A stretch of DNA of 64,000 bases from Bacillus subtilis subsp. subtilis str. 168 (lineage in GTDB: Bacteria; Bacillota; Bacilli; Bacillales; Bacillaceae): positions 2,232,001 through 2,296,000 of the forward strand of contig NC_000964.3 of the NCBI RefSeq assembly GCF_000009045.1, read 5' to 3'. The position numbers and the translations under genes are program-made. The notes under the pieces are model-generated. The model was not told the DNA's origin. It made no database searches and was given only the letters and a program-made list of their open reading frames with translations. This document shows positions 10,414 to 20,100 of the stretch, piece by piece (positions within the stretch are counted from its first letter, which is position 1; every line of letters begins with the position of its first letter).

Positions 10414-11631
10414 ATGAGCAGCAGTAAATACGTCGGTCAACTCAAACAAAACAATATTCAGATCAATTCATTAAGAGGATCCAATGACAGAGCTGAAAAA
10501 CATATGCTTGAGCATGAACAAGCATTAACAGAAAAAACAAATTTGTTTATGGAATATCAACAGAATGAGCTCAAGAAACATACTGATGATAAGTCTAATC
10601 CTCATTTAGTCACCAAAGAGCAGGTTGGTTTGGGCAATGTTTTAAATAATGTCCAAGCAACTAAAGAGGAATTTGACGAACATCTAAACGATACTCTCAA
10701 TCCCCATTCAGTAACTAAAAGCCAAGTTGGTTTAGCAAATGTCCTGAATGAAAAACAAGCAACTAAAACTGAATTTGATCAACATGCTCAAGATACAATT
10801 ATTCATATTACAGCTTCAGAGAGAACTACTTGGAATGCCGCGGAAAGCAATTCTAAAAAGTATACTGACGCACATTCTCAGAACACAAACAATCCTCATA
10901 AAGTAACTGCAATTCAGGTCGGGTTAGGAAACCTTACGAATGATAAACAAGCGACAAAATTAGAATTTGATGCTCACATAAAAGATAATGAGCGTCATAT
11001 CACTAGCACTGAAAGAAGTAAATGGAATTCTGCTCAATTAACTAAAATATCAAGCGATGATGGTCAACCACTAGTTTCTATAACAAGCGACTTTCATTCT
11101 GAACTTTTGAATTCTCCTACTTTAACATATTTCGGATATGATAAGGCTGCCTTAGAAGCACCTCCAAGTAACGGGCGGGGATTTTGGACATGTAGTGCTG
11201 ATAAACTTTATGGTCAAGCTATTGTTCTGACTAATGATAATAAGACTTACAGAAAATCATTGATAAACGGAGCATGGTCAAGTTGGGAACGATTGATAAG
11301 TAGCAGTGAAATTGATAACGTGCCTTGGTTAAGCGTTACATATAAAAATGGCGCAAAGACAGGCTCAAGGCCACTTCAATATCGTAAAGTAGCTGGGACT
11401 TTGCAGCTTAGTGGGCACGTTGTAACAAACCGAGATGTAGTATTTGCTTCTATTCCAACTGAATTTTCTCCAACACAAGGTGCTGTTAAGTCTGTTGAAG
11501 TGAGTGGAACTTTCGGCAGAAGTAAATTATTTGTAAACTCTAATGGTGACCTTCAGCTAAGTGGGGTATCAGCTGACAACAGTGCTGCAATAACGGGTTA
11601 CTACATAGATGTAGTTGTTCCGTTGAATTAG
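10414..11631 (+). CDS. yomR: Putative tail fibre protein, 405 aa, with internal repeats
   Basis: Three NPHxVTxxQVGL repeats; fibre-tip-like C-terminus; followed by XkdW/XkdX-like genes. Confidence 0.75.
   Translation: MSSSKYVGQLKQNNIQINSLRGSNDRAEKHMLEHEQALTEKTNLFMEYQQNELKKHTDDKSNPHLVTKEQVGLGNVLNNVQATKEEFDEHLNDTLNPHSVTKSQVGLANVLNEKQATKTEFDQHAQDTIIHITASERTTWNAAESNSKKYTDAHSQNTNNPHKVTAIQVGLGNLTNDKQATKLEFDAHIKDNERHITSTERSKWNSAQLTKISSDDGQPLVSITSDFHSELLNSPTLTYFGYDKAALEAPPSNGRGFWTCSADKLYGQAIVLTNDNKTYRKSLINGAWSSWERLISSSEIDNVPWLSVTYKNGAKTGSRPLQYRKVAGTLQLSGHVVTNRDVVFASIPTEFSPTQGAVKSVEVSGTFGRSKLFVNSNGDLQLSGVSADNSAAITGYYIDVVVPLN
10570..11040 (+). repeat. Protein-level tandem repeats in the YomR shaft
   Basis: 3x NPH-x-VT-xx-QVGL-x-N...QATK-x-EFD-x-H and 2x H-xx-D-xxx-HIT-xx-ER-xx-WN in the translation. 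Confidence 0.8.
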
Positions 11632-11641
11632 GAGGTAAGTC

Positions 11642-11992
11642 GTGATACAAGTCTATAAATATGACGAAAATTTTATGTTCGTTGAACCCCTAGTTGTAAC
11701 TGAAATCGATGAAAAGGGAGATTATATTTTTCCCGATAATTGCACTTCTGTTCCATTACCTGACTCTCCCTCCTATTACCTTCCACGATTTGATTTATCA
11801 AAACAAGTTTGGATAGAAACAGCCTCTCAAGAATATATAGACAGCCTCTCACCGCCCCCTGAAGAACCTTCTGATGTGGAATTACTTGGACAATCACTAG
11901 CTGAAGCCAGAATTTTAATTTTAAAACAAAATCGCATAATCTTAAATTTACAAAATGAAGTTAAAAACTTGAAAGATGGGACAACAGCATGA
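11642..11992 (+). CDS. yomQ: XkdW-like tail fibre assembly protein, 116 aa
   Basis: SD AGGAGG, GTG start; PPEEPSDVELLG motif; position after the fibre gene. Confidence 0.6.
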   Translation: MIQVYKYDENFMFVEPLVVTEIDEKGDYIFPDNCTSVPLPDSPSYYLPRFDLSKQVWIETASQEYIDSLSPPPEEPSDVELLGQSLAEARILILKQNRIILNLQNEVKNLKDGTTA

Positions 11993-12180
11993 GCAATTTT
12001 TGGGTTATAGCCCTAAACAAAAACTGGGCAACTCTTGATCAGGTTAAAGAAGCTTATTATTACGATGATGTAACTAAGGAAGAACTCAAAGAAGGAGTAG
12101 ACAATAACTTAATTACTCCTGAACAATATCAAGAAATTGTTGGGGAAGCCTATACTTCAGTTACCTTATCTACAGAATAA
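11989..12180 (+). CDS. yomP: XkdX-like small protein, 63 aa
   Basis: ATGA overlap; ITPEQYQEIVG motif typical of the XkdX family. Confidence 0.75.
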   Translation: MSNFWVIALNKNWATLDQVKEAYYYDDVTKEELKEGVDNNLITPEQYQEIVGEAYTSVTLSTE

Positions 12181-12229
12181 ACACGTTATCATTGTTTGCT
12201 CAAAATGAGGATATTAAGGAGGATATTAA

Positions 12230-12730
12230 ATGGCATCAAAAAAATTGAATTTAAGTTTAATTGAGGAAAGTGTCAATAAGTATGACAAGAAAGAAAAAGT
12301 CCAATTAACCGATGATGTACATGTATTCATCTACCCATACTTTTCTCCTTCTCGGTTAACAAAAATGCTAACTGAAATGATCTCTGATCAACAAAAAGCT
12401 GAAGATAAAGGTATTGATTTTAGTAAAATCAACACTGTTCAATGGGTATTCTTTTCAATTGTCAAAGAATTTTCAGATTTGGGGATTCCGAATGACATCA
12501 AAAATAAAGTTAAATGGTACCTTAAGCTTGTAGATTCCGAATTCTTCCCTATGATTATTAACAGTTTTCCAAAAGAAAGTATGAAGAAGCTTAAGGATGC
12601 AACAAAAGCTTTAGAAAAAATCACTGAAGACTTGTTAACTATGAGCCACCAGGAAATCAACAAGCTTATTCTAGAAAAGGTAGAAGAAATAGAGACTGGT
12701 TCTGGTGAAGTTAGTGGCGAAAACAATTAA
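12230..12730 (+). CDS. yomO: Putative tail assembly chaperone, 166 aa
   Basis: SD AAGGAGG; helical; position. Confidence 0.55.
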   Translation: MASKKLNLSLIEESVNKYDKKEKVQLTDDVHVFIYPYFSPSRLTKMLTEMISDQQKAEDKGIDFSKINTVQWVFFSIVKEFSDLGIPNDIKNKVKWYLKLVDSEFFPMIINSFPKESMKKLKDATKALEKITEDLLTMSHQEINKLILEKVEEIETGSGEVSGENN

Positions 12731-13133
12731 AGATATCAAAGCTATGGTTGAACAAGCTGCAATTCAATCAATTCATAAGTCTTCCTCTAATGTGAAACAA
12801 ATTATGGTAAAAACAGGACAAGAGCATATTGTTGAAGATGTTTACGGTGCATATGATCCCCTACTTTATGAACGCACAGGACAAGTTAAAGATGCCTTTA
12901 TAACCACCAACGAAAGCAACGGGGTGTCATTGGACAATATTAGAGAAGATGATGGAAAAGACATTGCTACAGTTATTGAAACCGGGCAGGGGTATACATA
13001 CCCTGATTCATATGGATATGGATACGGTAACCCTCGTCCTTTTATGAAGAATACCTCTGAGACCTTAAGAGATGGACGATTAACCGCAGCGCTAAAAAAA
13101 GATTTAAAAGCAGATGGTATTAAAACAGACTAA
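12714..13133 (+). CDS. yomN: HK97-gp10-like neck/tail protein, 139 aa, GTG start
   Basis: YERTG and PRPFM motifs typical of gp10-like proteins. Confidence 0.65.
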   Translation: MAKTIKDIKAMVEQAAIQSIHKSSSNVKQIMVKTGQEHIVEDVYGAYDPLLYERTGQVKDAFITTNESNGVSLDNIREDDGKDIATVIETGQGYTYPDSYGYGYGNPRPFMKNTSETLRDGRLTAALKKDLKADGIKTD

Positions 13134-13146
13134 TGGTGGTGAATTA

Positions 13147-14148
13147 ATGACCAAACCAATTGAAAAGAATATGCTCAGATCTCGAGCAATAAAACTCCCC
13201 GAGGTCACGGAATCAATGTGGGAGCAAGTAGATGAAGAGCACAGAAACTTGGTTCAAGAGTTTTTAGATGCTCATTCATTTAGAGATAAAACACGAAAGC
13301 AGTATTACTCCTCCCTTCGCCAATTCTTTTGGTGGGTACATACCTCTCTTAACGGGAAAAAACTTTATAAGATCTCAAAGCGTGATTTCATTAGGTATCA
13401 AAGTTTCTTAAAGAATCGTGGGATGTCTTCAAGTGGGATTGCTTTAAAAAAAGCCGGTGTATCATCGTTAAATAATTATATCGAAAATGTTGTTGCAGAA
13501 GATGATCATAATTATGAGAAATTCAGAAATTTCACCCGCGGGCTTCCAGCTATTCCTAAAACCACTACCTATGAAAAAGTTAAAGTTACATATGATGATT
13601 ATAAACTGATGATGGACGCCCTAAAAGAGGACGAAAATTATTTGGGGATGGCATGGCTTGCTACTGCCTTTAATGTTGGCGGGCGAAGAGCAGAACTCAT
13701 ACAGTTAAAAACAGAAATATTAGATTACCCTGTTCCAGAGGGTCAGTCATACGTGATGAGTCATAAGGTATTTGGAAAAGGTAAAGGTGAAGGAAAACCT
13801 CTTGAGTACATGATTAACACAGAAGCACTGGAGTATCTTCGCTTATGGCATGAAAAACGTGGCTATGATCATGAATACCTCTTCACTACTCAGTATGGCG
13901 GAGAGCCTAAACAGATGTCAGAGTCTTGGGCTGATTATTTTTGCTCTGATGTGTTATCAGACATCCTTGGTCGACGTATAAACCCCCACCTCTTTAAAGC
14001 TTCGTGCATCACTTATCTCCTAGAAGTTAAGAAAGTCAAAATTGAATTGATAAGCAAATATGTAGCTCATCATGAAGATGTCTCAACAACAATCAAACAT
14101 TATGATTTACGGGATTTTGAAGAAGAAAAAAATCAAATATTTGTTTAG
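13147..14148 (+). CDS. yomM: Tyrosine recombinase family protein, 333 aa
   Basis: SAM-like N-domain (TRKQYYSSLRQFF), GGRRAEL, NPHLFKAS, VAHHEDVSTTIKHY motifs. Confidence 0.88.
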   Translation: MTKPIEKNMLRSRAIKLPEVTESMWEQVDEEHRNLVQEFLDAHSFRDKTRKQYYSSLRQFFWWVHTSLNGKKLYKISKRDFIRYQSFLKNRGMSSSGIALKKAGVSSLNNYIENVVAEDDHNYEKFRNFTRGLPAIPKTTTYEKVKVTYDDYKLMMDALKEDENYLGMAWLATAFNVGGRRAELIQLKTEILDYPVPEGQSYVMSHKVFGKGKGEGKPLEYMINTEALEYLRLWHEKRGYDHEYLFTTQYGGEPKQMSESWADYFCSDVLSDILGRRINPHLFKASCITYLLEVKKVKIELISKYVAHHEDVSTTIKHYDLRDFEEEKNQIFV

Positions 14149-14150
14149 TT

Positions 14151-14480
14151 TTAAGCACCACAAATACATCCTGTTGAATCTCCAGTACTCCACCTTTTAC
14201 AAAATCTATTTCCGGTACAATCTCCAAAACAACCATTGTCCCCCATCGTTCCACAATGAACTAAGTTTAAATCAACTTCACTCGGTGAAATCCCTAAATA
14301 TTTTGCAACAATATGTATATATTCTTCCTCCTCCATCGGGGCCCAATAGTTCTTACCATCTATTTCGATAATTTTCCACCCGAATTTAGAATACATGTAT
14401 TCTGGAATGGATGGCATTTCAGTTTCAAAAAAGACTTTTTCTCCTTTTTCATATACTCTGATTCCATGGATTACTTTCAC
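14151..14480 (-). CDS. yozP: Hypothetical protein with a Cys-rich C-terminus, 109 aa, GTG start
   Basis: SD GGAGGAG before the GTG at 14480; six Cys in the last 34 residues. Confidence 0.7.
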   Translation of the reverse strand: MKVIHGIRVYEKGEKVFFETEMPSIPEYMYSKFGWKIIEIDGKNYWAPMEEEEYIHIVAKYLGISPSEVDLNLVHCGTMGDNGCFGDCTGNRFCKRWSTGDSTGCICGA

Positions 14481-14574
14481 GATATCTCCTCCAATTGATA
14501 ATTTGAGCTTAGTGTTAACCATTAGAGAAATTCTATTCAATTCAGCATAAAATCCCTCTTTTATTCAGAATCAA

Positions 14575-14600
14575 GATTCCTCGTTTGAGGGATTTTGCTT
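14575..14600 (+). terminator. Probable intrinsic terminator of the head-tail transcript
   Basis: GATTCCTC-gttt-GAGGGATT stem followed by a T-rich tail. Confidence 0.5.
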
Positions 14601-14604
14601 ATGT

Positions 14605-14649
14605 ATAAAACAAAGAATCACTTTGTCCCCCGATAAAGACAAAGTGATT
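14605..14649 (-). terminator. Intrinsic terminator of yomL
   Basis: Perfect 12-bp inverted repeat AATCACTTTGTC/GACAAAGTGATT (14616-14649) with a T-rich tail on the minus strand. Confidence 0.75.
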
Positions 14650-14655
14650 TTAAAA

Positions 14656-15342
14656 TTAGCTATTAGGTAAATCTACTTTTGCAGGAGTACTAGTCCACGG
14701 TTTGCCCATTTTCTTTTTATGGGCTTTATCTTCAAAAAATTGAACTGTAGCATACTGATACCAACTATCAGTCATTGCTCCTTTTTCGTATAAATCATAT
14801 TTATAATACGCATCAGGGATTTGTTCTTTTGCCCAATAAGAGAATAAAATAGTGGCAGCCTTACTCCCCCATCCCAAGCCAGGGACAATACCGACTAATG
14901 ACATTGTAACTGATAACGCATTTTTAGCTGCTTTTGTATGCCCAGATAAAGTCCCCACATAATGGTATCCCTTTTTAGGTTTTGCAGCCTGTGTTGTGAA
15001 TTCATTTGATTTCAAATTATTGTTTTCATAATTTGTTCTGTTAGCAGCATTTTCATCATACTCAAAGTTTAAGCCTTTTTGTTCTATGCCATCGACTTTT
15101 ACAGTATGATCATTTCCGTTCATCTGAACTTTGTGAGTTTCATTTCCACTCACATACTCAATTTCAACTAATTTCCCGTTCGATGAAATCTTTTCACTTT
15201 TCATTTTGTAATGTAGAGCTAGTTCTTCGTAAGAAGGGGTTGTCTTAGAGTCCTCCTTTGCAGTAGCGTAACCTGCAGGTAAAAGTGAGCCTAAAGTCAA
15301 TGATGCAGCCATAACACAAGTAATAACTCTTTTCTTTCTCAA
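14656..15342 (-). CDS. yomL: Secreted protein, 228 aa, with signal peptide, TTG start
   Basis: MRKKRVITCVMAASLTLGSLLPAGYATA Sec signal; SD GGAGG. Confidence 0.8.
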   Translation of the reverse strand: MRKKRVITCVMAASLTLGSLLPAGYATAKEDSKTTPSYEELALHYKMKSEKISSNGKLVEIEYVSGNETHKVQMNGNDHTVKVDGIEQKGLNFEYDENAANRTNYENNNLKSNEFTTQAAKPKKGYHYVGTLSGHTKAAKNALSVTMSLVGIVPGLGWGSKAATILFSYWAKEQIPDAYYKYDLYEKGAMTDSWYQYATVQFFEDKAHKKKMGKPWTSTPAKVDLPNS

Positions 15343-15366
15343 TTGAAATCCTCCTTGTGTTACACC

Positions 15367-15543
15367 TTAAGAATCTGAATTACTAAATACTTGCTTAATT
15401 TTATAAGCAATTACAGCGAGGTATAAAATTGCAACAAACACTAAAACTCCAGTGCCATAATCAGTTTTTGCAACTAGAAAAAGACTTAACACACCGAAAA
15501 TAATGTACATTACAATATCAAAGATATTTTTCTTGTTGTTCAT
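15367..15543 (-). CDS. youB: Small two-TM membrane protein, 58 aa (MNNKKNIFDIVMYIIFGVLSLFLVAKTDYGTGVLVFVAILYLAVIAYKIKQVFSNSDS)
   Basis: Translated by hand; not in the ORF track; SD GGGGGAG before the ATG at 15543; two hydrophobic segments. Confidence 0.8.
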   Translation of the reverse strand: MNNKKNIFDIVMYIIFGVLSLFLVAKTDYGTGVLVFVAILYLAVIAYKIKQVFSNSDS

Positions 15544-15888
15544 TTAAACTCCCCCGTTTAGCAATTGATTCCAGGTGCATATTTGATTGCAGCCCCAGTG
15601 TATTAAATACTTACAATTTTGTCCAACCCGAACTCTCTGGCAATATTACTTTAATCATATTGCAAAATAATTTTTTGAATTATTTCAGCACACCTACTCT
15701 AACATGATTCTTTTTTGATTTACATAAAAAATCGAAAAATTGAGTCATTTTTCCTTGGAGAATGACTGTGTATAAATCTTAAAAAGGACTATTCATTCAT
15801 TTTGAAAATTAGAGAAACGTACTCTCAGAAACCTAATTTCCATTAAAATCCTTTGCGTATTTGTCGATAATATGGAGAGGTGATGAAA

Positions 15889-16335
15889 ATGTTCAATAAA
15901 AAAGTATTAAAGCACAATCTGGCTGAAATGAATCCTAAAGAATTAATAAAGTTTATCAAGCATGAATTTCCTATTAATGGACAAGATTATCATACACATG
16001 CAAGGAAAGTCCAAATAATAAAATCTTTAAGCCCGTCTGAATTATCATCTGCCATTGCAAGGATGGAAGGAATAAAATCGCAATATGATCCATCTAAAAC
16101 TTGGGGGATTGGAAGTTTGATTTTGGGAACATCGTTTATAGGATTTCAAGTATTATTTGGTGTGAATATATCAAAAATTACTGAGGGAAACCGATTGAAT
16201 GCATTAATTTACGTATTAATCACAATCATAATTTGCTTATGGACACTTCGTAATATTATAAAAGATAAAGAAAATGCTACAACTGCAGATTATCTCAAAG
16301 AACTGCTCATTCAGATAAAATCAGAAAAGAACTAA
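15889..16335 (+). CDS. yomK: Membrane protein, 148 aa, two TM segments
   Basis: SD GAGAGGTG; two hydrophobic stretches in the C-terminal half. Confidence 0.75.
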   Translation: MFNKKVLKHNLAEMNPKELIKFIKHEFPINGQDYHTHARKVQIIKSLSPSELSSAIARMEGIKSQYDPSKTWGIGSLILGTSFIGFQVLFGVNISKITEGNRLNALIYVLITIIICLWTLRNIIKDKENATTADYLKELLIQIKSEKN

Positions 16336-16379
16336 TGATTTCACTTTCCATTTATACAGTTCTCCATGACTGGAAACAA

Positions 16380-16388
16380 TGGTATAAT
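16380..16388 (+). promoter_or_regulatory. Extended -10 sigma-A promoter element for yomJ
   Basis: TG-g-TATAAT 28 nt upstream of the yomJ ATG. Confidence 0.65.
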
Positions 16389-16416
16389 GTAGGAAAATGA
16401 TACCGGCGGTGGTTGA

Positions 16417-17100
16417 ATGGGATATAAGTTTATGGCTTATGGTGGCTATTTTTTATTCTGTCTTTTCTTTTTGCTAATGGACGGCTGGAGAGGCATGGGA
16501 ATTTGCTTAATAATTGTAGGTTTAGCCCTATTAGCACTTGAGCCCTATAAAATTAAAGCCCAAAAAAATATAGATAAACTAAAAGAAAATGCGGAAACAC
16601 TTAAGCACTTCGACGGTGGTTTTAATCCAGACAATTTCTTTAATACTTACAAAACTAAAATTGCATTTAAGGAATCTGATTCCCTTGTGAAAATATATCA
16701 GCTTAATAAAGATGAACATATTGAAGAATACACAATCCCTTTTTCCAATGTTATAGAATCCGAAATTGCTTTAGACAATCAAATAATTTCTAAAGTATCA
16801 AAATCAGGAATCGTAGCTGGTGGCCTGTTAGCTGGAGGAATTGGAGCTGCAATTGGAGGGTTGTCTGCCTCTTCAATACAAAATGAAATGGTCAAATCTG
16901 TCACGCTAAAGATTACTGTTGAAGACCTCGGTAAGCCTATCCATTATATCGATTTTCTCCCCACACAAGAAGTTGAAGGGTATAATATTCAGGGGTATAA
17001 AAAAGATAGCAATGTCATTCAACAAGCACTTACGAATGCAGAATATTGGCATGGTGTTATGGATGTAATTATTAAGAAAGCAAACAAAGTCGCTCAATAA
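16417..17100 (+). CDS. yomJ: Membrane-anchored protein, 227 aa, described as a phage immunity protein
   Basis: Two N-terminal TM helices, PH-like core and [14 protein letters not shown] motif; immunity assignment is recalled knowledge. Confidence 0.7.
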   Translation: MGYKFMAYGGYFLFCLFFLLMDGWRGMGICLIIVGLALLALEPYKIKAQKNIDKLKENAETLKHFDGGFNPDNFFNTYKTKIAFKESDSLVKIYQLNKDEHIEEYTIPFSNVIESEIALDNQIISKVSKSGIVAGGLLAGGIGAAIGGLSASSIQNEMVKSVTLKITVEDLGKPIHYIDFLPTQEVEGYNIQGYKKDSNVIQQALTNAEYWHGVMDVIIKKANKVAQ

Positions 17101-17119
17101 CTGAGTGGCTTTTTTCTTT
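17087..17119 (+). terminator. Intrinsic terminator after yomJ
   Basis: AAGTCGCTCA/TGAGTGGCTT stem with a T tail. Confidence 0.7.
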
Positions 17120-17153
17120 GTCCTCTCCCCTACTGAAAGGAAGTGATTCTTAC

Positions 17154-20100
17154 TTGAGTCAAAACCTCAAAATTATACTAACCCCGCAAGCTGATACCTC
17201 ATCCAAAACTGTCGAACAGTTAAATCAGCAAATTAAATCCCTGGAAAAGAAACTCAACTCCCTCAAGCTCAATACAAACATTGATTCTACAACCTTAAAA
17301 GCTCTGCAAGAATTCTCCTCTGCTATCGACACATATCAGAAAAACCTAAAATCCTATAATCAAACAGTTAAAGAAACCTCAACAGTAATTAAGAATGCTG
17401 ACGGATCAGTTGAAAAGCTCACCCAGCAGTATAAGAAAAATGGTGAGATACTTCAACGTGAAACAAAAATAATCAACAATCGTAATACAGCATTAAAGCA
17501 AGAAACTCAAGAGGTTAACAAGCTAACACAGGCCACTGAGAAACTAGGACAGGTTCAAAAAAAGACTGTGCAGAGAAATCTGCAAGGACAGCCAACAAAG
17601 GTAGTGCAGAAAAACCGCCACGGGTTCGATGATATTGTTTATACAACTGATCCTAAAACTAATTCGACCTCCTCAAAAACTACAACTAATTATGACCAAC
17701 AAAGGAGAGCAATTGAGCAGCTTAAGCAAGATTTAGAGAAGCTTAGACAGCAAGGTATTGTTACTGATACGACCATCTCATCTCTTGGCCGAAAAATAAA
17801 CACAGCTCAATCCGCTCAACAAATTGAAGCACTGCAAAATAGGATAAGGATGTTAGATGATAAATCTGCGGCAGTTGCGAAGAACAATGAATTAAAGAAA
17901 ACCATTGAATTATATCAGCGACAGGCACAAGTAAATGTTCAAAACCTAAATACACGGTATGGCAGTTCTATGGGCTCTAGTAATAGACAAGCTGTTCAAG
18001 ATTATTTGAATGCAGTAAATAGTCTTAATGTAAGCACTGGAAGCAATAATATCAGATCACAAATTCAAAGCTTGAATATGCAATTTAGAGAATTAGCCTC
18101 CAACGCTCAAACAGCTGCTAATCAAGCCTCTTCTTTTGGAGCAGAACTAACCCAAACCTTCAAAAGCATGTCCACCTATTTAATCTCCGGTTCTTTATTC
18201 TACGGAGCTATCTCTGGACTTAAAGAAATGGTATCCCAGGCAATAGAAATTGATACTCTCATGACAAATATTCGCCGTGTTATGAATGAGCCGGATTATA
18301 AATATAATGAACTTCTCCAAGAATCTATTGACTTAGGTGATACACTTTCAAATAAAATCACAGATATTCTTCAAATGACAGGCGATTTTGGGAGAATGGG
18401 TTTCGATGAAAGTGAGCTCTCCACGTTAACGAAAACTGCCCAAGTTCTTCAAAATGTCTCTGATTTAACTCCCGATGATACAGTTAACACTCTAACGGCA
18501 GCAATGCTCAACTTTAATATTGCAGCAAATGATTCAATATCAATTGCAGATAAATTAAATGAGGTTGATAATAACTATGCTGTTACAACTCTAGATCTGG
18601 CCAATTCTATCCGTAAAGCTGGTTCAACTGCTTCTACATTCGGGGTAGAGCTAAATGATCTTATTGGTTATACAACTGCAATTGCTAGTACAACACGTGA
18701 ATCAGGGAATATCGTCGGGAACTCCTTAAAGACAATTTTCGCGCGGATTGGGAATAATCAAAGCTCAATTAAAGCGTTAGAACAGATTGGTATCTCAGTT
18801 AAAACAGCTGGTGGTGAAGCTAAATCAGCAAGTGATTTAATTAGTGAAGTTGCTGGTAAGTGGGATACGCTTTCTGATGCTCAGAAACAAAATACTTCAA
18901 TTGGAGTAGCTGGTATTTATCAATTATCCCGTTTTAATGCAATGATGAACAACTTCTCTATTGCTCAGAATGCGGCTAAAACTGCGGCTAACTCAACAGG
19001 AAGTGCTTGGAGTGAGCAGCAAAAGTATGCAGATAGTCTACAAGCTAGGGTAAATAAGCTTCAAAATAACTTCACTGAATTTGCTATTGCAGCTTCTGAT
19101 GCTTTTATTAGCGACGGATTAATTGAATTTACTCAAGCCGCAGGTTCTTTGCTTAACGCTTCTACAGGAGTAATCAAATCAGTTGGGTTCCTACCTCCCC
19201 TTTTAGCTGCAGTAAGCACTGCAACCCTTTTGCTCAGTAAGAATACCCGCACATTAGCCAGCAGCCTAATTTTGGGCACACGTGCAATGGGGCAAGAAAC
19301 TTTAGCGACTGCTGGGCTAGAAGCTGGTATGACTCGTGCAGCAGTCGCCTCAAGAGTTCTAAAAACTGCTCTTCGAGGGTTGCTTGTTTCAACTTTAGTT
19401 GGCGGTGCATTTGCTGCTTTGGGATGGGCGCTAGAATCATTAATTTCTTCTTTTGCAGAAGCTAAAAAAGCTAAAGATGATTTTGAGCAGAGCCAGCAAA
19501 CCAATGTCGAAGCAATTACGACCAATAAAGACTCCACTGATAAACTAATACAGCAATATAAAGAGCTTCAAAAAGTTAAAGAGTCAAGATCTTTAACTTC
19601 AGATGAAGAGCAAGAATACCTTCAAGTCACTCAGCAATTAGCACAAACTTTCCCTGCATTAGTTAAAGGCTATGATTCTCAAGGAAATGCAATTCTTAAG
19701 ACAAATAAAGAGCTTGAAAAAGCGATTGAGAATACTAAAGAGTATTTGGCTTTAAAGAAACAAGAAACAAGAGACAGCGCAAAGAAAACATTCGAAGACG
19801 CTTCTAAGGAAATTAAAAAGTCTAAGGATGAATTAAAGCAGTACAAACAAATAGCTGACTACAACGATAAAGGTAGACCTAAATGGGATCTCATTGCAGA
19901 TGACGATGACTATAAGGTTGCAGCTGATAAAGCTAAACAAAGTATGCTCAAAGCTCAATCTGACATTGAGAGTGGAAATGCTAAAGTTAAAGATAGCGTC
20001 CTTTCAATTGCAAATGCTTATAGTTCAATTGATATCAGTAATACTTTAAAGACGAGTATTAGTGATGTTGTCAACAAACTTAACTTAAAAGATGATTTAG

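Noticed and set aside
12700-12735. Tail-chaperone-type -1 frameshift between yomO and yomN
   Set aside because: yomN is in the +1 frame relative to yomO, no X XXY YYZ heptamer is present in the overlap, and yomN looks like a gp10-type protein.
14140-15880. Invertible segment controlled by YomM (minus-strand cassette next to a recombinase)
   Set aside because: I found no convincing inverted repeats at the two boundaries by eye. A computational repeat search would be needed to exclude short sites.
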